Numbered from the stretch's first letter, positions 40,892 to 53,550 are shown. The stretch: DNA of 64,000 nucleotides from Vulcanimicrobiota bacterium (GCA_963833095.1 CAWHWQ010000003.1:1-64000); one strand, 5' to 3'. Notes: generated from the letters alone by a model not told the origin. Numbers and translations are program-made.

Positions 40892-43800
40892 TTGCAACAG
40901 TTCGTCCATCTTCACGTCCACTCGGAGTATTCGCTGCTGGACGGGGCCTGCCGGGTCGACCGCCTCTGCCGGAAGACCGCCGAGGGAGGCGCCCCGGCCG
41001 TCGCCCTGACCGACCACGGCGTGATGTACGGGGCGATGGAGTTCTACTACGCCGCCCGGGACACCAGCCTGACCCCGATCATCGGCTGCGAGGCCTACAT
41101 CGCCCCGCGCGGCCGCTTCGACCGGACCGTGCGCGAAGAGGCCCACGTGACGCTGCTGGCGGCCGACCTGATCGGCTACCGCAACCTCACCGCGCTGATC
41201 TCCAAGGGCTTTCTCGAAGGCTACTATTACAAGCCGCGCATCGACCTGGATCTCCTGGCGCAGCACCACGACGGCTTGATCGTGCTCTCGGGCTGCATGT
41301 CGGGCATGGTCGCCGCGCCGCTGCTCAAAAACGACTACGAGACCGCGGTCAAAAACGCCAAGACCTACGTCGACATCTTCGGCGACCGGTTCTACATCGA
41401 AGTCATGCGCCACGGCATGCCCGAAGAAGACGTGATCAACACGGGCTTGGTGAAAGTGGCGCGCGAACTGGGTGTGCCGATCGTCGCGACCAACGATTCG
41501 CACTATCTCGATCAACGCGACGCGCCGGCGCACGACGTGCTGCTGTGCATCGGCACCGGCAAGACCGTCTCGGATACCAGCCGGATGAAATTCTACTCCG
41601 ACCAGTTCTACGTCAAGTCGGCAGAAGAGATGTACGAGCTGTGGAGCGATCTTCCCGAAGCGTGCGAAAACACGGTCAAGATCGCCAACCGCATCGACAT
41701 CAAGATTCCCGAAAAGATCTTCCACCTGCCGCAGTTTCCCGTGCCGCAAGAAACGTCCAGCGCACCCGAACGCAGTGCCGAAGAATACTTGCGCGAGATT
41801 TGCGAAGCGGGGCTGATCGATCGTTATGGCGCCGAGCGCGCGGCGAACGACGCGGCCCTGCGCAAGCGCCTGGACTACGAGCTCAACGTCATCAACACGA
41901 TGGGCTTCGCCTCGTACTTTCTCATCGTGTGGGATTTCATCAAGTACGCGCGCGATCACGATATTCCGGTCGGTCCAGGCCGCGGTTCGGCGGTCGGTTC
42001 GGTGGTGTCGTATTGCCTGAAGATCACCGATCTCGACCCGCTCAAGTTCAATCTGTTCTTCGAGCGCTTCTTGAACCCCGATCGCATCTCGATGCCCGAT
42101 ATCGATACCGATTTTTGCGTCGATCGGCGCGACGAAGTGATCGCCTACGTCACCGAAAAGTACGGCAAGGATCGCGTCGCGCAAATCGTGACCTTCGGCA
42201 CGATGGCCGCGCGCGCGGCCGTGCGCGATGCGGGCCGGGCGCTGGGCGTGCCGCTGCCCGATGTCGATAAGGTCGCGAAGATGATTCCCTCGGGTCCGGG
42301 CGGCCTCTCGATCGAGGAAGCGCTCGAGCAGATTCCCGAACTGAAGATGGCCTCGGCGAGCAGCCCGCAGATTCGCAAACTGCTCGACACGGCCAAAGAC
42401 ATCGAGGGCTTGGCGCGCAACGCCGGCACGCACGCGGCGGGCGTCGTGATCTCGGCTGGGCCGCTGATCGACTACGCGCCGCTGGTGAAATTCAACGACG
42501 GCGGCGTCAACACGCAATTCGACATGATCTGGGTCGAGAAGATCGGCCTGCTCAAGATGGATTTCTTGGGCCTGCGCAACCTCACCGTGATGAATAGCGC
42601 GGTCGATGAAATCCGGCGCACCGTCGATGCCGCGTTCGAACTGGCCAAGATCCCCGACGACGACAAGCGGACCTACGAGATGCTCAGCCGCGGCGACACG
42701 ATGGGCGTCTTCCAATTCGAGTCCGACGGGATGAAGCGCGTCTGCACCGAGCTCAAGCCCTCGCGTTTCGAAGACATCATCGCGCTCGTTGCGCTGTATC
42801 GTCCCGGGCCGATGGAATGGATTCCGCAGTACATCAGCAACAAACACGGTCGCACGAAACCGAAGTATCTGCACCCCAAACTCGAGCCGATTCTCGCGGA
42901 AACGTACGGCGTGGCAGTTTACCAAGAGCAGGTCATGCAGATCGCGCGCGATATCGCCGGCTTTACGATGGGGGAAGCCGACGAGTTGCGCAAAGTCATG
43001 GGGAAGAAGCAGAAAGACAAGATTCCCGAGTACCGCGAGAAGTTCATCGAGGGCGCCAAGGTCGACGTCGGATATCAATCGCGATCTCGCCGACAAGATC
43101 TTCGCCTTCATCGAGCCGTTCGCGGGCTACGGCTTCAACAAGTCGCACGCGGCCGCGTACGCTTGGATCAGCCTATCAGACCGCGTATCTCAAAGCCAAT
43201 CATCCGCTGCAATACCTGTCGGCGCTGATGACCTCGGTCAAAGACAAGACCGATAAGCTGGTCGAGTACATCGACGAAGCCAAGAAGATGGGCATCACGG
43301 TGTTGCCGCCCGACATCAACGAGTCGCTGATCGACTTTGCGGTGGTCGGGGATCGCATTCGCTTCGGTCTTGCGGCGGTCAAGGGCGTCGGCGAAGGCGC
43401 GGTGCGCAGCATCATCGAGACGCGCGAGGCCGACGGAAAGTTCACCGATCTCTTCGATCTTGCCAAGCGCGTCGATGCAAAACAAGTGAACCGGCGCGTC
43501 TTTGAGGCGTTGATCAAGTGCGGTGCGCTCGACGAACTGACGGGAAACCGCGCGCAAAATCTGGCTGCGCTCGACGTGGCGCTGGATTTGGCCGCGCACG
43601 CGACCCGCGAAAAGGAGCTCGGACAGGTCTCGCTCTTCGGTGACGCATCGGAGCATGCGCCGTCGCTGACGCCGACGTTGCCCATGATCTCCGCGCCGAC
43701 GACGCGCGAGATGCTTGGCGTGGGAGAAGGAGACGCTCGGGATCTTCGTCTCCGGGCATCCGCTCGCCGACGTCCAAGGTCTGCTGGTGCGCGGCGGAGC

Positions 43801-44350
43801 CACGCTGATGAAAGACTTGCGCGCGGTCGACGACGATGCGCTGGTGACCGTTGCCGGCATGGTCACCTCGGTGCGCCGCACGCTCACCAAGTCGGGTCAG
43901 CAGATGCTCATCGCGCAACTCGAAGATACCAGCGGCGCCTGCGACGTCGTCGTGTTCTCGAAGATGTATCCGACGGTGCAAGGGCTCTTCACCGAAGATG
44001 AAATCCTCGTCGTGAAGGGACGTCTACGGCTGCGCGAGCGGCCCGGCGCCGCGCCCGGCGAAGAAGGACCGGTCGAACTTTCGGTGAGCGCAAATGACGT
44101 CAATGTGTTCGAGATCCCGGCGCGAGTCGCTCCGTCGGTGCCGGTGCGTGAATGGCACGTCGAGGTGGGCTCCCGCGATCAGATCGATCGCCTGGCCGCG
44201 CTGGTCGACGATTGGCCCGGTCACGTTCCCGTCACGATGCACGCGAGCGGCCGCTCGCAGCGCCTCACACGCACGGTCGCGGCGGATCATCGGCTGCGCA
44301 GCGAGCTCGAGCGCATCTTTGGACGCGGGAACGTAAGGCATGACGCTTAG
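40892..44350 (+). CDS. dnaE: DNA polymerase III alpha subunit (frameshifts near 43065-43175 and 43718)
   Basis: HLHVHSEYSLLDG, GRGSA, PDIDTDF, KMDFLGL, GYGFNKSH and EKETLG motifs plus OB domain. Confidence 0.96.
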
Positions 44351-45632
44351 CGTGATGCCGGCCGCCGAACGCATGCGCTCGGCGCGAACGCGGCGCGACG
44401 GTTGGACGCCGTCGCCGGAGCTCATCGCGTCGGTCGCGGAGATTCTTGCCGGGGTGCGCGCACGCGGCGACGCTGCGCTGGTGGAATACACGCGGCGTTA
44501 CGACGACCCGAACTACGATCTCTCAAAATTGCGGGTGGCAATTCCGATGCAAGAGGGCGCGCGCGCGCTGGTGCCGCCCGAGATTGCCGACGCGTTGCGG
44601 CTGGCCAAGGATCGCATCACGCGCTTCCACGAGCGACAGCGGCCCGCGGATCTCTCGTATGTCGATGAAGACGGAACACGCTACGGCCTGCGCTACCGCC
44701 CGCTGGATTCGGTCGCGGTCTACGTGCACGGCGGACGCGCGGCTACGGCATCCGCGGTGTTGATGAGCGCCGTGCCGGCCAAGATCGCCGGCGTATCGCG
44801 CATCATCGTGCTCTCGCCGCCGCGCAACGGCGGCACCGTCCATCCGGCCGTGCTCTATGCCTGCAGTTTGTGCGACGTCGACGAGCTCTACGCGGTCGGC
44901 GGCGCGCATGCGATCGCCGGCGCCGCCTACGGAACCGACTCGATTGCGCGCGTCGACAAGATCGTCGGCTGGGGCGGGGCGATCGTCAGCGAGGCCAAGC
45001 GGCAGATCTACGGTGTGTGCGGCATCGACGGGCTTTCCGGGCCGCCCGAAGTGCTGGTCGTTGCCGACGACGGCGCCAGCAGCGAATACGTCGCCGGCGA
45101 ATTGCTCGCGCAGGCCGAGCGCGAGCCGTTTGCGCGGGTAGCAGTGCTCTCGGAATCGCGTCCGCTCTTAGAAGCCGTGGCGCAACTGCTCGATACGTTC
45201 GACGTGCGCACCCTCGCGCACGGCGAAACCCTGCGGCAGGTGATCGAGGGCGCGTGCTACCTGCTCCACGCGCAGAACCGCGCCGAGCTCCTCGAGGCGA
45301 TCGAAACGATCGCGCCGGAGCGTCTCGCGCTCCAAGTGCGCGAACCCGAACCCTATCTCGCGCGCGTGCGTCGCGTCGGGACCGTGCTCGTCGGCGACAT
45401 GACGCCGCTGGCCTCGGGCGACTATTTGGCCGGCACGAACAACGTGCTTCCCGCTTCGGGTACCGCGCGCTTTGCGTCGGGTCTCCGTCTGGACGATTTT
45501 TTCCGCAGTTTCAGCGTCGTCGAGAATTCGCGCGAGCGCATGCTGCATGACGCGTTGCCGCTCGCGGCGCTGTGCGATTTCGAAGATCTTCCGCATCACG
45601 CGCAAACCTCGCGGATGCGTAGCGGCGGATGA
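44340..45632 (+). CDS. hisD: Histidinol dehydrogenase homolog with substituted catalytic residues
   Basis: Overall HisD pattern (RGDAALVEYT, PAKIAGV, VGGAHAIA, GDYLAG, ARFASGL), but QAER, APERL and NNVLP replace QAEH, APEHL and NHVLP. Confidence 0.8.
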   Translation: MTLSVMPAAERMRSARTRRDGWTPSPELIASVAEILAGVRARGDAALVEYTRRYDDPNYDLSKLRVAIPMQEGARALVPPEIADALRLAKDRITRFHERQRPADLSYVDEDGTRYGLRYRPLDSVAVYVHGGRAATASAVLMSAVPAKIAGVSRIIVLSPPRNGGTVHPAVLYACSLCDVDELYAVGGAHAIAGAAYGTDSIARVDKIVGWGGAIVSEAKRQIYGVCGIDGLSGPPEVLVVADDGASSEYVAGELLAQAEREPFARVAVLSESRPLLEAVAQLLDTFDVRTLAHGETLRQVIEGACYLLHAQNRAELLEAIETIAPERLALQVREPEPYLARVRRVGTVLVGDMTPLASGDYLAGTNNVLPASGTARFASGLRLDDFFRSFSVVENSRERMLHDALPLAALCDFEDLPHHAQTSRMRSGG

Positions 45633-45639
45633 AAACGGC

Positions 45640-46437
45640 ATGAAACTCGTAGCCTTCGACCTCGACGGGACGCTGGTCGGGCGGGATCTCGTGATACGGC
45701 CGCGCGTCCGCGCGGCGATTGCGCGCATGCTCGAGGCCGGCATCCAAGGCTGCATCGTCACGGGACGGATGTATCAGGCCGCCGTTCCCTACGCGCGCGA
45801 ACTCGGTTTCGATGCGCCGGTGGTGTGCTATCAGGGCGCGGCGATTGTCGATCCCACTAGCGACGAGGTGCTGCGCGATACGCCGCTCCAGAACGAGACG
45901 GTCGGCGACGTGATTACGATCGCCGCTGACGTCGAACGTGCACTTGCAGCTCTATCGCAACGACGAATATTACTGCGAGCAAGAGAACCGCTTTTCGCAG
46001 CTCTACGCGCAACTCTCGGGCGTGAACCCGATCATCGTACCCTCGCTGCGTGAGGCGTTTGCGTTCAGCCCCGCGACCAAAGCGGTCGTGATCGACGATC
46101 CGCCGCGCGCCGCCGAAATGGCGGCGCTTTTCACGCAGCGGCTCGGGCAAGCAAGCCTACGTGACGCGCAGCTATCCCGAGTTCGTGGAGATCCTCGATC
46201 CCCACGTCGACAAGGGCGAGGCGTTGCGCTTTGTGGCCGCGCGTCTGGGCGTCGAGATGCGCGACGTCGCGGCGATCGGTGACTCGTGGAACGACGCGCC
46301 CATTGTTGGAAGCGGCCGGATTCGGCATCGCGATGGGCTCGGCGCCCGACGAGCTGCGCAAGGTCGCCAAGGCGGTGGTGGGCGACGTGCAGGACGACGG
46401 CGTGGCCGAAGCCATCGAGCGTTACGTGCTCGCGTGA
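45640..46437 (+). CDS. Cof-type HAD-IIB hydrolase (frameshifted)
   Basis: FDLDGTL, TGR, VDKGEAL and IGDSWND motifs. Confidence 0.85.
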
Positions 46438-47200
46438 AAAAGGGCCGCCCGCAACCACGCCGCCGTCGCGCATCGCCGGCGCGGCGCTTGCGCCCGTTCT
46501 GGTTTCTCATCGCCATCGCGGTGGTGCTCGCCGGGATCGGCGGCTATGTGCTCGCGACCTGGCCCGCGCTCTATCCGCACACCATCGAGGTCGACGGTAA
46601 TCACACCGTTCCTGAAGCAAGCCATCATGGACCGCGCGCAAATCGATCTGAGCAAGAACATGTGGCTGCAGAATACCCGCGCGATGGTAGCACGGGTCGA
46701 ATCACTTCCCTACATCGATCGCGCGGTGATCCACCGGCAACCGCCCGACACGATCGTCATCACGGTGACCGAGCGCACACCGTATGCGTTTGTGGACGAT
46801 CGCGGCGAGCGCGTCACGATCGATCATCGCCTCCGCGTGCTGCAGAACGGTGCGCCACCCGATCTTGCGGACTCGCTACCCGCTTTTGTGCTCGTGCTGC
46901 CCCAGGCCGCCGCCGTGGGGACGACGATCGATGATCCCGATCTGCAAACGCTCGTGGGCGACGCCGACGCGCTCGCTGCCGCGCATCTGGATGCGCGCTC
47001 GTTAGGCTTCGACCGCTTCGGTGATGTCACCGTGCAACTGCGCAGCGGCATTACCGTACTGCTCGGCGATCGCAGCGGCAGCGAGCAGAAGGTCGCGCTC
47101 ATTCGACCCGATTCTGGAAAAAGTCGAGCGCGGCAAGCGTAGAGTTGCCGCGCTCGATTTGCGAGCGATGACCACGCCCGTGGTCGTCTACGCGAAATAG
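46434..47200 (+). CDS. ftsQ: Cell division protein FtsQ/DivIB (frameshifted)
   Basis: Basic N-terminus, single TM helix, POTRA-type IEVDGNH...LPYI...PPDTIVITVTERTP and C-terminal DLR motif. Confidence 0.75.
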
Positions 47201-47209
47201 GCGAGGGTC

Positions 47210-47569
47210 CTAGCGCAAGACCACGCCGTTTGCGATGAATGTGCCGTTGCTGTAATAACCGTAGATGGCGATGCGATCGCCGCGGTGGGGCGTGGCACCG
47301 GTCGGGTGAATCACGGTGCCGTTCTTGAGATCGATCGTCTGCACGTCACCGTCCTGACGTTGGATCTCGACGCGATACGCGCGAAAGTGAACGACCTCGC
47401 CGAGAATGACGTGGCGCCGATCATATTGATAGCGATCCCACGCCGGCTGCCAGGTTGTGTAGGTGGGTCCGTATCCATACTGTTGCGCGGACGCGCTCGG
47501 CGCGAACGCTGCCGAGAGGCCGAGTAAGAGAGCGAGCGTCGCGAAGGCTGTAACAAGTGTTCGTTTCAT
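47210..47569 (-). CDS. Secreted hypothetical protein
   Basis: Signal peptide ending ASAQ; small beta-rich domain. Confidence 0.7.
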   Translation of the reverse strand: MKRTLVTAFATLALLLGLSAAFAPSASAQQYGYGPTYTTWQPAWDRYQYDRRHVILGEVVHFRAYRVEIQRQDGDVQTIDLKNGTVIHPTGATPHRGDRIAIYGYYSNGTFIANGVVLR

Positions 47570-47576
47570 GCATAAG

Positions 47577-47611
47577 AAACGGGCGCCCGATCATTTGCGG
47601 TGCGCCCGTTT
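47577..47611 (-). terminator. GC hairpin, possible terminator or attenuator
   Basis: AAACGGGCGC / GCGCCCGTTT inverted repeat between two same-strand genes, with a weak U-tract. Confidence 0.4.
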
Positions 47612-47651
47612 GCCGTTTCTCATCACGTTCTCATCGAACGCATCAAGCGTG

Positions 47652-47942
47652 TTAGTGGTTGGTGAGATCGAGATAAACCATGACGGCACCCTTGATCAGC
47701 GAGAGTTTGAGTTGATCGCCGGGTTTGATTTTGTCAAAGTCGACGGAATCGCGCCCTGCGGCGAGCGTGGTCTCCGCGCCGTTGTCCATCGTCACCTGAA
47801 TATGTTTGGCATCAACAAGCTTTTCGACTTTGCAGTTGTAGGTGCCGTCGGGTATCAGCGATGCATCGATATTGGCGGCAAGCGCGATCGCTGGCATCAC
47901 GAGAGCCGTTAGGAGGGCGACGAGACTGAGCTTCTTTTGCAC
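47652..47942 (-). CDS. Secreted hypothetical protein, OB-fold-like
   Basis: Signal peptide; FDKIKPGDQLKL motif; RBS GGAG upstream. Confidence 0.7.
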   Translation of the reverse strand: MQKKLSLVALLTALVMPAIALAANIDASLIPDGTYNCKVEKLVDAKHIQVTMDNGAETTLAAGRDSVDFDKIKPGDQLKLSLIKGAVMVYLDLTNH

Positions 47943-48036
47943 GGTTACTCCAGAAAAAAGGGTGAGTTTAACTAAGGGATGGCTTAAACTAAGAGCCTTG
48001 CCTAGGGAAGTTTTCGTCTAATTTGGGGTGTTTGGC

Positions 48037-50159
48037 TTAAGATGATAGCGCAATTGTGTGTGGGTCTTCTAGGGCCCCGCTGCCAGAAGGTGCGCCATCC
48101 TCAAAGGCCACTTGGCCAGTGTGGAACTGCCCGACCATCTCGCGAAGCTCGCTGGCTTGCGATTGGACGTCGTCGGCGCTAGTGGCCATGGTGCCGATGG
48201 CCTCGGAGTTCTTCTCGCCGAGTTCGCTCGACTGCTCGATGCGAGTACCCAGCGCCTTGATCGACCCGCCTGTGCTCCGTGGAGGCTCGCGCCACCTGCG
48301 CGGTGCGGTTCTCGATTTCGGAGACGCTCTCGAGGATCTGGTTCGAAGTAATAGCCTGCTCACGCATGGTCGCCGCGGCCTCGTGGGTCATGGCCCCCAT
48401 CTGTTCGCTTGCCCTGGCAAGTTCTTCTGAGGCGCGAGCCTGTTCGGTCGTCGCAACGTGATTTCGCTCACCAACTGTGCGACTTCCGTCACACGCGTGC
48501 TGATCGTTTCGATCATGGTCGTGACGTTGCGAGCGGACTCGGCATTGTTTTGGACGAGATTGTTCGCGCGCGCGGTCCGTTCGAGAACGGCCGACGTGCG
48601 GCGCTGAATGTCGGCCACGAGCGTGCCGATTTGCTTGGTGGAGCTGGCAGAGTTTTCGGCTAGCTTGCGGACTTCGTCGGCGACGACCGCGAAGCCGCGG
48701 CCGTGTTCGCCGGCGCGCGCCGCTTCGATTGCGGCGTTGAGCGCCAGCAGGTTCGTTTGATCCGCGATCTCTTCGATGAGGCCGAGAATCTCGCCGATCT
48801 GGCGCGAAGCGTGATCGAGGCTCTGCATCTCCGAGACGACGTCGGCGACGGTGTCGCTGATGCGAACCCATGCCTTTGGAGAGCGCGAGCACTTCGTTGC
48901 GGCCTTCGCGCACCTGTTGATCGGTGATGTTCGATTCGGAGCGAACGCGATCGGCGTTGCTGGCGACCTGCACGATCGAGGCCGACATCTCTTGCGTGTT
49001 GGCAACGGCTTGTTCGACGACGGTGGCAAGGTTCAAGAGGTTCTGATCCATCTCTTGGATCGATGCGGTCATTTCAGCGACGGCGCTGGAGATATCCGAA
49101 ACGCGGCGCGCAACGGCCTCGGCGTTATCGGCGACGGAGCCGGCGGCGCCGGAGAGATCGGCGGAATATTGAGCGCCTCGCCGAGCGCGGCCAGCTCTTC
49201 TTTGATGCGGCCGTCGACTTCGAGCGCGATATGATTGCTTTGCTCGCTGGCGCCTTGCACGGTGACGGCGACGCGCGCTGAATCTGACGGCATGATGCGC
49301 CGAAATGCGGTCGCCGAACTCGTCGACGCCGACGCCGAGGCGGCCAAGCAGATCGTGCCCGTGCCAGCTGATGCGCTCGCGAAAGATCGCCGTTGCCCAT
49401 CGCCTCGAAGATGTCGACGCATGCGTCCGATGCTGCGTGAGCATCGTGGCGGCGGAACCAATGTCATGCAGACGATGACGATGACGATCGCGAGCGAGCA
49501 GGCCGCCGATCAAGGCGCGATAGCCGCGGTGCGCGCGGCGATCAAGCAATTTCGATACCGGTCTGCCGCCAGCGCGTTGAGCGCGTCAAGCATCGACTGT
49601 CCGTCTTGCGCTCTGCTTTTCGTAGGCAGGCTGGACGGGACCGTTAATCTGCGCGAGCGCGTCTTTGTTCTTGCCTTGCTGTAGCAGGCTCACGGCGGAG
49701 AGCGCTTGGAAATCGTAGCCGCTTGCGCTGGTACTGAACGCGTTGACCAGCGAGCCGATTTGCTTCGCGATTTCGTCGGTGTTGCTCGCGCACGACGAGT
49801 CGCAGGTCGTCCGTGCTCTTGCTCGCGCTCTTGGTCGGGCAGAAGATTGCGACCATCTTACGCGAGTCGTCGGGGAACTGTTTGACCAGCGTGTTTGCAA
49901 GGGCGGTTGCTTGGCGGCTGCGGCGGGGTCGGTGAGGTCGCGGCTTCGAGCGTCGCCGCGCGCAAGCTGTCAGCATCGGCGGCAACTTTCGCGTAGGCGA
50001 GCTGCCCCGCGATGACGCGTCGCTGAGCACTTCGGCCTGATTCGAAATCCCGTTCAAGGCCCAGAGCATCACTGGGACCATAAGCAATACGACGAGGATC
50101 ACGAGGCCAAAGGCCATCATGAGCCCGCGTTCTAGACTTGTGCGGCGCTGTTCCATCAT
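48037..50159 (-). CDS. Methyl-accepting chemotaxis protein (multiple frameshifts)
   Basis: [39 protein letters not shown]-terminal TM helix, periplasmic region and HAMP-like remnants. Confidence 0.88.
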
Positions 50160-50331
50160 TAGCTTAATCGGCCGACCGGGGTGGGTATTTATTATTAGCA
50201 GCCTATCCCCAGCCCATCCGCATCCTTTCCTCAAGGAGTCGACGCCCTGGGCGCCAAGCCCTCTCGGTTCCCTACTTTTGATGCCCGCATGTAGTAGGGA
50301 TTGCTCGTCGCCGGCACAATATATGGTGGTT

Positions 50332-51553
50332 ATGAAGCACGAGACCGTTTGCGGGCTCGATATCGGGACGACCAAGACCTGCGCGGTCGTTGCCGTGGAA
50401 GGGCCGAGCGGGCTCGAGATCGTCGGGCGTAGGTGAGGCGCCGTCCCTGGGGATGCGCAAGGGGGTCGTGGTCGACCTCGAGGAGACGATCAAGTCGATC
50501 GAGGCAGCAACCGAGAAAGCCGAACGTATGGCCGGCTTCCACGTCTCGGACGTGTTCGTCGGGATAACCGGCGATCACATTCGCAGCACCAACAATCGCG
50601 CCGTGGTTGCAGTATCGGGCGACGACCGCGAAGTGCGCGGTGCCGACGTGCGTCGCGTCATCGACGCAAGCAAGATCATCAATATTCCCGCCGACCGTCA
50701 GATCATCCACGCACTGCCGCGCTACTTCACCGTCGACGGTCAAGAGGGCGTAGAGGATCCGATCGGTATGGCCGGCGGACGCCTAGAAGTCGACACGCAT
50801 ATCATCACCGGCGGTTCGACATTCATCACCAACGTGCTCAAATGCGTGCACCGCGCCGGCCTCGAAGCAGCGGGACTGGTCTTCGAACCGCTCGCGAGTT
50901 CGGCGTCGACGCTGTTGCCCGAAGAAAAACAAGTCGGCGTCGTGTTGCTCGACATCGGCGGCGGCACGACCGACATAGCGGTGTATTCGCTCGGCAGCGC
51001 GATTTTTACGGCGACGGTTCCGGTAGGCGGCAACATTCTAACCAACGACATCTCGCTGGGCCTCAAAACCTCGCTTGCGCGAAGCCGAAGAAGTGAAGAA
51101 GCGTTTCGGCGCCGGCGTTGCGCGATGACGGCGAGATGACGTTTAGCGTGCACGGGCTCGACGGCCGCACGAATAAGGATGCACCACGCAGCAGTTGCGC
51201 GCAGATCGTCGTGCCGCGCGTGCTCGAAACGCTGCGCATGGCCAAGCAAAAAATCGTCGAGAACGTTCCGCGCGACCTCGTTCTCGGCGAAGTGGTCATG
51301 ACCGGCGGCGGCGCGCTTTTGCCGGGTCTCGAGCCGATTGCCGAAGACGTCTTCGGTTTGCCGGTGCGCGTCGGTTCATGCCTCGACCCTGATCGGGCTT
51401 ACCGAAGCGATGAGCCAACCCCAGTATGCAACTGCGATCGGCCTGGTGCTCTTCGGTGCCAACGGCGAGTTAGAAGAGAGCAACGGCGCGCGGCGCAGCG
51501 GCGGATCGATGTTTACCAAAGTCCGACAGTGGTTCGCGGATCTTTGGAACTAG
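50332..51553 (+). CDS. ftsA: Cell division protein FtsA (frameshifted)
   Basis: GLDIGTTK, GMRKGVVVDLE, LDIGGGTTD, VMTGGGA and YATAIGL motifs. Confidence 0.93.
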
Positions 51554-51609
51554 GATGCAGCCTCCATGGACAAACCTAAGCAACTTAATCTAAGCGAGGA
51601 GCAAGCTCG

Positions 51610-52682
51610 ATGGCAGATGCACGGCGCTTTCAACCCGAACATGCCGCGTCGATCAAAGTAATCGGCGTCGGCGGCGGCGGCTGCAACGCCGTCAACCGCA
51701 TGATCGAAGCGGGCCTGACCGGCGTGGAATTCTACGCGGTCAACTCCGACGTGCAGGCGCTGCGCAACTCGCTCACCGAGAACACGGTGCATATCGGCGG
51801 CGGCCAAACGCGTGGCCTGGGCGCCGGCGCGAACCCGACGCTCGGACGCGAAGCCGCCGAAGCCTCGCGCGAAGATCTCGCGATGGTTCTCGACGGCGCG
51901 GACCTGGTGTTTATCACCGCCGGTATGGGCGGCGGCACGGGCAGCGGCGCGGCCCCAGTGATCGCGGAAATCGCGCGCGAATCGGGCGCGCTGACGATTG
52001 CCGTCGTCACCAAGCCGTTCGCGTTCGAAGGCAAAAGCGCATGCAAACCGCCGAAACGTCGATCGCCGACCTAGAAGCCAAGGTCGACACGCTGATCACG
52101 ATTCCGAACGAGCGCATTTTGCAAGTGATCGAAAAGCGGACGCCGCTCAACGAAGCGTTCGCCTACGCCGACGACGTGCTGCGTCAAGGCATTCAGGGTA
52201 TCAGCGATCTGATCACCCAGCCGGGATTGATCAATCTCGACTTCGCCGACGTGAAGACGATGATGAGCGATGCGGGCAGCGCGATGATGGGCATCGGCGA
52301 AGGCACGGGCGAACATCGCGCCGCCGACGCCGCGCAAAAGGCGATCGCTTCGCCGCTGCTTGAGACGACGATCGAAGGCGCGCGCGGCGTGATCTTCAAT
52401 ATCACCGGCGGTCCGGATATGGCGATGTACGAAGTCAACGAGGCAGCCGAAATGATCAGCCGCGCGGTCGATTCGGACGCGCAGATCATCTTCGGTGCGT
52501 CGATCGATCCGATCGATGGCCGGCAAGGTTCGTGTGACGGTACTGGCAGCCGGTTTCGGTGCTCCGCGAGGAGCGTATCGCGCGCATCGGGTCACACATT
52601 CGAAACCGGCAAGCTGGACACCGTGACACCGGTCAACATGGACGACATCGAAGTTCCGGCATTCCTGCGCTATCGCGGCTAG
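51610..52682 (+). CDS. ftsZ: Cell division protein FtsZ (frameshifted)
   Basis: [33 protein letters not shown] and C-terminal DIEVPAFLR. Confidence 0.96.
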
Positions 52683-52692
52683 CAAAGCAACC

Positions 52693-53498
52693 ATGGACGA
52701 CCAGGGCTTCAACGCCCGGGTGCTGGTCGACTCGATCAGCCCCGCGGGTATCCGTTTGACCACACTCGAGGTGCGCTTCCCGCGCTTCGTGCTGAGTGAA
52801 TTTAACACGCATCGTGTTTTCAGTCGGAATAGCGCAAGCAGCCGGGCCATGCCAACCAGTAAAATTGTCGAACGAGTCCTGCAAAATCCCGCGATGCCGG
52901 TCGAATGGGGCGTAAATAAGCCGGGCATGTCGGCAAACGAGACGCTCACCGCGGAACAAGAAGAAGCGGCCAAAGCCGGATGGCTGCGGGCGCGCGATAG
53001 CGCTGTGGAGCACGTGCGGGATTTGCAGAAGCACAACGTGCACAAGCAGATCTCAACCGCATCATCGAACCATTCATGTGGCACACCGTAATCGTGACGG
53101 CGACAGAATGGGACAATTTCTTCAGATTGCGTCTGGCAGAAAATGCGCAGCCCGAGATTCGCGTTGCGGCGCAACATATGCGCGCGGCAATTGATGGCTC
53201 GAAGCCAAAGCCCGTCGCGGTCGGCGGCTGGCATCTGCCCCTGGTTCAAGAGGACGAACGCTCGCTTCCCATCGAGCAGTTGAAGAAAATCAGCGCTGCT
53301 CGCTGCGCGCGCGTGTCGTATCTCACGCACGACGGGAAGCGCGACATCGAAAAGGACATAGAGCTCTGCGCGCGTCTCTTAAGCGATCGCCATCTTAGCC
53401 CGTTCGAGCACGTCGCGACGCCCAGCGGCGACGGCGAATTTCACGCCAATTTCCGCGGATGGCGGCAAATGCGCAAGGAGCTGGAAGAGCAAGGCTAA
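52693..53498 (+). CDS. thyX: FAD-dependent thymidylate synthase (frameshift near 53053)
   Basis: EFNTHRVFSRNSASSRA, NFFRLR...AQPEIR, ARCARVSY and HLSPFEH motifs. Confidence 0.85.
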
Positions 53499-53550
53499 GC
53501 CAAGCCTTAAGCGGGTATGATGAGCCTTGCTAGTACAAGGAGCAACCGCT

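Noticed and set aside
40877..43111. 744-aa reverse-strand ORF and similar long antisense ORFs (e.g. 52071..53330, 59995..61218)
   Set aside because: They mirror well-supported genes, lack motifs and are expected from codon bias in GC-rich DNA.
40892..44350. Split or intein-containing dnaE
   Set aside because: The pieces are contiguous with normal total length. I see no intein-like N-terminal Cys or C-terminal His-Asn block.
36015..53498. Mass pseudogenisation or programmed frameshifting in sdhA, dnaE, ftsA, ftsZ, thyX, ftsQ and the MCP
   Set aside because: Essential genes with intact motifs are broken by scattered 1-bp indels, some compensating. This fits uncorrected long-read errors. The same caveat applies to frameshifts in the Rhs and IS genes.
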